From an uncultured delta proteobacterium (GTDB lineage: Bacteria; Myxococcota_A; Polyangia; Fen-1088): a stretch of DNA of 64,000 nucleotides. The stretch is from positions 71,309-135,308 of the forward strand of contig CAWAKD010000006.1 in NCBI GenBank assembly GCA_963782545.1, given 5' to 3'. Shown here piece after piece: positions 58,531 to 64,000 of the stretch (within the stretch, counting starts at the first letter, position 1; each line of letters opens with the position of its first letter). The notes below the pieces were generated by a model that saw only the letters and a list, made by a program, of their open reading frames with translations, was not told the DNA's origin and did not search any database. The position numbers and the translations under genes are program-made.

Positions 58531-61500
58531 TCATGGTACCACCTGCGCGGGACTTTGCGATTTTTCCGCAGCTTCACCTTTCGCTGCCGCCTCCTCTTCC
58601 AGCTTCGCCGATACAGGAAGGAGAGGCCGGCCAAGGGCTTTCTGGGCGAGGATATAGCGTTCGAGCGTGGCCACGGCCTTGGTGAAGTTGGCGTTGGCGA
58701 AGTACGAGCGACCGAGATAGTAGAGAAGCTCCGGACGACGCTTGCAGAACTCGGCATCGTCGGCGAGCGGTTTCAGTTCGTCGATGGCGTCACCGTAGTA
58801 TTCCGCCTTGTAATCGAGAAAACCGGTGAGCACGGAGAAGTCCTTGCCGAGCTTGCCGCCCCAGGTTTGCTCCGGCCAATCCTCGATCAACTTGAAGGCG
58901 CTGGCGTACATGTTCTTCTCGACTTCGGCGGCGACGTCGACGTACTCCTCGCGCACGCGGGTCGCCACGGCCGGCGCCAGGCCGGGCGGTATGACCGGCG
59001 GTGTCAGTCCGTCCGCCGGCGCTAGCGGAATTTCCGGGTCGCGGTCCTCGCGCGTGGCCACCAGATCCAGCAGCAAGTGGGTGTGGTCGACATCCGGGTT
59101 GGCGACTTTCTGCTCGCGGGCGGCTGCCTCGGCCCGTTCCTGCCAAAGCTTCGACTCGCGCGCCTTGCCGTGCGCCATCAGGCTGCGCGCCAGGTGCGCC
59201 ATGTTCGAGGCACGATCTGCGTCATCGTAGCCCTCGACCAACCCGGTCAGGTGTCCATAGGGCCACATCGGGCCGTACACCTTGGCCAGGTAGGGATCGT
59301 AGGCCTTGTAGCGCAGGAGATCGCGCGGCGCCGCGAACTCGATGAGCGCGTTGTCGTCGGTGTTGACCTGCGCCCCGGCGGTGAAGGAGCGCAATTCGTC
59401 GGGGCCCAGCAGGAGGAAGGCCGGCACGTCGTTCGGCGAATCGAAGCCTGCGCGTTTGGCCTCGGCCGCAGTCGTGGGGTCCTTGAAGGCCCTCGCGATC
59501 TTGCGGATGTCGAGCTCGATGGGCTTGCGGCTGGCGATGAGGATGGTGTCCGACGAGAGATCCTCCGCCGCGAAGACCATCACGTAGGGAAACTCGTCGG
59601 TCAGGGTGCGGTAGATGGCCTTGATGTTCCAGGGCGCCATCTCGTACAGCTGCGCCCATTGGCAAAAGATCCCGCCTTGGGCCAGTCGCGACTTGACGGA
59701 CTGGAAGTACTCGCGGGTGAAGAGGTTCGAGACCCCCGTGATCCAGGGATTCGACGGCTGGCTGATGATGACGTCGTAGAGGTCGCGGCGCTGGGAAAGA
59801 AAGTTGCGGCCATCCCCCACGATGGCCCGCACGCGTGGATTCTCCGTCGGGCGATGGTTCACGTTGTCGAAGAAGTGCGCGGCCTCGTAAATGGCTGGTT
59901 CCAGCTCGACGACCTCCAGGCTGGCGATGGGATACTGGGTGACGGCGCCGGCGGTGACGCCGGATCCGTAGCCGATGAGCGCGACCTTGGGCGGGTGGGT
60001 GTCGTCGTAGAGGAGCAGGGGCAAAAGGCCGACGCCGATCTGGGTCGGCATGTCGGCGTCGTTCGAGGCGTCGACCTTGCCGTTGTTCTTGAGGGAGAAG
60101 ACCTTGCCCCACTGGTCGACCGACACGGTCGTGGCAATGCCGTCCCGGTAGTAGACCAGTTTCGGCATCTTCCACTTCTTGCGCTGGTGGCGGTGTTCGA
60201 CCATGTCGATATAGTCGCTGGCCATGGAAATCCGGAAGAAGCCGATGGAGAAATTGCTGAGGTTCCAGCGGGGAAGGATGAGAGCCACGAGCGCCATGGC
60301 CACCGCGGTGCCCATGCCAACGATCCGACGCCTGCGCGGCAAGGCCGGCGCAACGGCGAAGAGCAGAACCGCCAGGGCCAGATCGATGACCGCGGCCAGA
60401 TAGATCCCGCGTTGCAGGCCAAGGCTGGGCAGGATCACGAAGCCGGAAAAGAACGACCCGACGATGGCGCCCACGGTGTTGAGGGCGTAGGCGAAACCGA
60501 CGTCGCGGCCCACGGTGGCAAGGTTGCCGGTGACCACGCGCACGGTGATGGGAAAGATGGCGCCCATGAGGAAGGTCGAGGGCAGGACGGTGAGGCAGGC
60601 CAGGGCGAACTGGCAGGTCAGAACCGCGTCGGGGCTGACCATGGTCGAGGAAAGCAGGTAGGTGAAGACGAAGGGCAGGCGATCGGTGATGAGGTACGAC
60701 AGGCCGATGCAGGCCACGATGCCGAGATGGGTGAGGGCGAGCCCGTGCACGGGATCGCGGAAGCGCGTCACCAAACGGCCGAAGACCGCCGAGCCGGCGC
60801 CGAGTCCGATGAGAAACGCCAGCAGGATGATGGTGAACGAGAAGATGGAGGAGCCGATGAGCACGGCCAAGGCGCGCGTCCACAGCACCTGCAGGGTCAT
60901 GGCGGTTGCGCCCGAAACCGCGAAGGCGAGGAGAACCGCGCGCCGGGCCGCGAGTGGGATGCGGGCTGGCGTGGCCGCGGGGACGCCAGGCATACTGCCG
61001 CCGGCCGCTGCGGCGAGCTCCTCGAGGGCTTCGCTGGCACGGACCGCTTGCTTGGCCGGAACCAGGCGCCGTGCGACCATGATGGCGATGGCGAGGGACA
61101 TGTCGAAGCTGGCCGCCACCAGATTGGTCCTGTGGATTCCGATGGTAGGCAGGAAGACGAAGCCGGCGAAGAACGAGCCCGCGACCGCGCCGAACAGATT
61201 GACCGCGTAGAGCGTGCCCAGGCGGAGACTGACGCGGCCGAGCTCGAATGGCCTCGATACGAAGTAGCGGGCCAGGATCGGCAGCGTGGCACCCATGAGC
61301 GTGGTTGGCACGATGAGCAGCCCGGCCGATGCGAAGAAGCGCAGGACGGAGAGCAAGGTGTAGCGGTCGCCGAAGGTCGACCACAGCCACTGATTGAGCC
61401 CCGGGTAGAAGCCGATGATCCAGGGCACGGAAAGCGCGTAAATGCCGATGGCCGCCTCGGCCAAGGCATAGGCGCGCACCGGATCCTTGAGTCGGTCGCT

Positions 61501-61677
61501 GATCTTGCCCGCCAGGTACGAGCCCAGTCCGAGGCCGCCCATATAGGCGGTCAGCACCGTCGACACGGCAAGCGCGGTCGAGCCGAAGACCAGGGTCAAC
61601 ATGCGCGTCCACAGGAGCTCGAGGATCAGCCCCGAGGCTCCGGACAGGAAGAAGCACGAAAGCACGACGGAGGGCAT
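58531..61677 (-). CDS. Polytopic membrane spermidine-synthase-like (PABS fold) protein with C-terminal TPR repeats
   Basis: Two roughly 7-TM blocks, then a spermine/spermidine synthase core (ALIGYGSGVTAG...DVIISQPSNPW), then a TPR-like C-terminus. 1048 aa. Confidence 0.8.
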   Translation of the reverse strand: MPSVVLSCFFLSGASGLILELLWTRMLTLVFGSTALAVSTVLTAYMGGLGLGSYLAGKISDRLKDPVRAYALAEAAIGIYALSVPWIIGFYPGLNQWLWSTFGDRYTLLSVLRFFASAGLLIVPTTLMGATLPILARYFVSRPFELGRVSLRLGTLYAVNLFGAVAGSFFAGFVFLPTIGIHRTNLVAASFDMSLAIAIMVARRLVPAKQAVRASEALEELAAAAGGSMPGVPAATPARIPLAARRAVLLAFAVSGATAMTLQVLWTRALAVLIGSSIFSFTIILLAFLIGLGAGSAVFGRLVTRFRDPVHGLALTHLGIVACIGLSYLITDRLPFVFTYLLSSTMVSPDAVLTCQFALACLTVLPSTFLMGAIFPITVRVVTGNLATVGRDVGFAYALNTVGAIVGSFFSGFVILPSLGLQRGIYLAAVIDLALAVLLFAVAPALPRRRRIVGMGTAVAMALVALILPRWNLSNFSIGFFRISMASDYIDMVEHRHQRKKWKMPKLVYYRDGIATTVSVDQWGKVFSLKNNGKVDASNDADMPTQIGVGLLPLLLYDDTHPPKVALIGYGSGVTAGAVTQYPIASLEVVELEPAIYEAAHFFDNVNHRPTENPRVRAIVGDGRNFLSQRRDLYDVIISQPSNPWITGVSNLFTREYFQSVKSRLAQGGIFCQWAQLYEMAPWNIKAIYRTLTDEFPYVMVFAAEDLSSDTILIASRKPIELDIRKIARAFKDPTTAAEAKRAGFDSPNDVPAFLLLGPDELRSFTAGAQVNTDDNALIEFAAPRDLLRYKAYDPYLAKVYGPMWPYGHLTGLVEGYDDADRASNMAHLARSLMAHGKARESKLWQERAEAAAREQKVANPDVDHTHLLLDLVATREDRDPEIPLAPADGLTPPVIPPGLAPAVATRVREEYVDVAAEVEKNMYASAFKLIEDWPEQTWGGKLGKDFSVLTGFLDYKAEYYGDAIDELKPLADDAEFCKRRPELLYYLGRSYFANANFTKAVATLERYILAQKALGRPLLPVSAKLEEEAAAKGEAAEKSQSPAQVVP

Positions 61678-61753
61678 GACCGGATAGGCGCTTCTAGCAC
61701 AAGCGGAGTTGTTACCGGCGAGGGGGAAAGCTTGATGCTATAGTGACCGGTCG

Positions 61754-62491
61754 ATGCGCTACGGCATCCTTTCGGACACACACGCGAACATCGAGGCGCT
61801 TGAAGCCGTGCTCAAGGCTTACGAGTCCGAGAGCGTGGACAAGTTCATCTGCCTCGGCGACACCGTCGGGTATGGGGCCAGTCCCAACGAAACCTGCAAC
61901 CTCATGCGCGCGACCGTGGCGCAGACCGTGCTCGGCAACCACGACGCCGCGGTGTCCGGGCGCATGGACTATTCCTACTACTACCACGCCGCCCGTCACG
62001 TGCTCGACAAGCACGCGCAGATCCTCGAGCCGCAGAACATGGCGTGGCTGAAGTCGTTGCCCTACGAATTCCGAGAAAACGGCGTGCTCTTCTGCCACGG
62101 CTCGCCGGTCAGCGTCGAGGAATTCGACTACATCTTCGCCCGCGATCAGGCGGCGCAGTGTCTCGGCATCTGGGCGCGGTTGCCGCAGCTTACCCTCATC
62201 GGACACTCTCATCTGTGCAAGGCCTTCGCGATCAATCCCAAGCACGAGGGCGCCCAGGAGGTGGTCACGTTGAAATTCCAGCTGCGCGACGATTGGAAGT
62301 ACATCGTCAGCGTGGGGTCGGTGGGACAGCCTCGCGATTTCGACCCGCGCGCCAGCTACACCCTCTACGATAGCGACAGCAAGACTTTCGAGTTCAAGCG
62401 TGTGGAGTACGACATCAAGACCTCTGCCAGCAAGATCCTGGCCTCGGACCTCGAACCGAACTTCGGGACACGGCTCTTCCTGGGGATCTGA
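61754..62491 (+). CDS. Calcineurin-like metallophosphoesterase
   Basis: Motifs DTH, GD, GNHD, GH.H (ILSDTHANIE ... CLGDTVGYG ... GNHD ... IGHSH). Confidence 0.8.
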   Translation: MRYGILSDTHANIEALEAVLKAYESESVDKFICLGDTVGYGASPNETCNLMRATVAQTVLGNHDAAVSGRMDYSYYYHAARHVLDKHAQILEPQNMAWLKSLPYEFRENGVLFCHGSPVSVEEFDYIFARDQAAQCLGIWARLPQLTLIGHSHLCKAFAINPKHEGAQEVVTLKFQLRDDWKYIVSVGSVGQPRDFDPRASYTLYDSDSKTFEFKRVEYDIKTSASKILASDLEPNFGTRLFLGI

Positions 62492-62529
62492 ACGGCGCGA
62501 CCAATGCGAGGGCGCGATGAATCGCGCCC

Positions 62530-63931
62530 CTATGGATTGGCGGCGGTCACGTCGAGCCCGGTGGCGCGCGTGAGGGCCGCGGCGGCCACGTTGTAGTCGT
62601 ACAGGCTTTGCAGGTAGCGGACACGGGCTTGGAAGAAGGCCACGAGGGCGTCGGAAAAGTCCTTTGCCTCGCTCACCCCGATGGCGATGTTCTGAGCGAC
62701 GGCGGCGATCCACTGCCGGCCCGCTTTTTCACCCTTCTCCATCACCTTGGTCCGCTTGCCGGCCTCCATCAGCTCGGTATGCGCCTTCTCGACTTCGAAG
62801 GCGATGCCACTGAGGGCTTCGCGGCGCTTCTGCTCCGCCTCCTTGGCCTCGGCGTGCAGCTTGGCCGCGTGTGCGCTCTTGACGCCCAGATCGAGCGGCA
62901 TGTGGAATCCGGCCGCGATGCCCGCCCCCAAGGAGTGGAAGGGATCGTTGTAATAGGCGTTCTGGGGGGTGTCCACGCTGCTTGCGTAGGCATACTGGGC
63001 GGTCCCGATGAGCACGATGTCGGGGTACTGCCGCCGCGTCTCGAGCTCGGCCAGGGCTCGCTTGGCTGCCACCATGTTGTCCAGGGCCTTGACCTCGGGG
63101 CGGGACTCATGCGCCTGGTCTTCGTAGCGCTGGAGCGAACGATCGGGGACGGTGACGGCCTCCAGCGGATCCGTGTCCACGTCGAGGTCCACAGGCGCGT
63201 CAGGTCCGATGAGCGCACGCAAGCCGCCTCGCGCCAGATCCTTCATGCGTTGCGCTTCCAGGATTCGCCCGTCGATATCCGCGCGCATGGTGCGCAGGCG
63301 CAACCTGTCCGTCACGGAAGCGTCTCCGGTTCCTTCCGCCAGCTCCTCCTCGACCTTCTTTTGCGCTTGGTCCATGTATCCGCTGGCTTCCTTGAGCGTG
63401 GCCAGAATCTCGGAGGCCAGCTTGGCGCCCCAGTAGGCTTTGCGCACGTTGAGCTCGAAGATCCGCCACCAGTCCGAATTGTCGGCTTTGGGATGCCTTC
63501 ACGCCCGACTCGGCGGCGGCCACGCCGGCCGAGATCTTGCCGAAGGTGTAGATAGGCTGTACCACTTTGAGCTCGGTGCGGGTGAATATGCCGGCGGGCG
63601 TGATGGCGTGGAGAAAGCCCTTGGTGTCGGCCCCGACGGATTCCGTCTCGATGCAGTTTTGTTCGTTGGCCGGCCCGCCTGAACCGTTTTGGCAATGGAT
63701 GCTCGGCGCCTGGGCCAGGAGCGAGGTGATCTCGCCGGTGGGCATCCAGTGTCGCTTCGCTTCGAGGAGCTGGGCTTGGATGCCTGCCGTGGCTTGTTCG
63801 CCCGCGGCCAGGCCAGGATTGCCCTTTCTCGCCAGATCGAGGATCTCGTCGAGCTTGTACGACTTGGCCTGGGACGGGGCGGACAGGCACGGAACTAGGA
63901 GGAGTACGGGAAACAGCTTTGCTTTCATCAT
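62530..63931 (-). pseudogene. TolC-family outer-membrane efflux protein, split by a frameshift near 63487-63495
   Basis: The N-terminal half (signal peptide MMKAKLFPVLLLVPCLSAPSQA ... FGKISAGVAAAESGVKA) and the C-terminal half (KADNSDWWRIFELNVRKAYWGAKLAS...) are in different frames (one extra nucleotide). Together they make a normal roughly 465-aa TolC-like protein. Confidence 0.65.
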
Positions 63932-64000
63932 GGTGCGTGGCGGGACCTTTCGGGTTTGACCCGCGAGAAAACGCATGATACCGCAATCCATCCATGAAAA

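Overview
High-GC (about 68-70%) chromosomal segment, almost certainly from a myxobacterium (Myxococcales). Supporting signs: a MYXO-CTERM-type sorting tail on a secreted glycosidase, Myxococcus-type cysteine-rich repeats, many lipoproteins, and GC-skewed third codon positions. In order, the window holds: (1) a housekeeping block: ffh (partial), a T2SSE_N+HEAT protein, an RDD protein, rsmE, prmA, rpsU, nadK, recN, 5-formyl-THF cyclo-ligase, RNase Y and pfkA. (2) A three-gene secreted operon: Cys-rich repeat lipoprotein, 1024-aa Ca-binding metzincin-like protease, PQQ beta-propeller. (3) A TetR-controlled pair of flavodoxin-like reductases, a desaturase and NDH-2. (4) A glycan-utilisation locus: GH5, GH16-MYXO-CTERM, GPH/MFS symporter, AraC. 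(5) A small accessory islet next to tRNA-Ala(GGC), with two MNT/HepT toxin-antitoxin pairs (one toxin frameshifted), transposase and integrase remnants and a terminator. (6) ilvC, followed by two 100% identical 1409-bp IS copies (DDE_Tnp_1 / IS4-like) inserted head-to-head into the two arms of an imperfect palindrome, each with its own 9-bp target duplication. (7) A Suv3-like helicase and a GGR-like flavoprotein. (8) A compact chemosensory module: CheY (frameshifted), GAF, DUF4388/T2SSE_N-GAF, CheA, CheW, MCP, HEAT-repeat protein, with no CheB/CheR in the window. (9) DoxX, a PfkB kinase, a giant membrane spermidine-synthase-like/TPR protein, a metallophosphoesterase and a frameshifted TolC-like gene. 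No rRNA or CRISPR array was found, and one tRNA. At least four otherwise intact genes carry single-nucleotide frameshifts, so assembly indel errors are a live alternative to real pseudogenisation.
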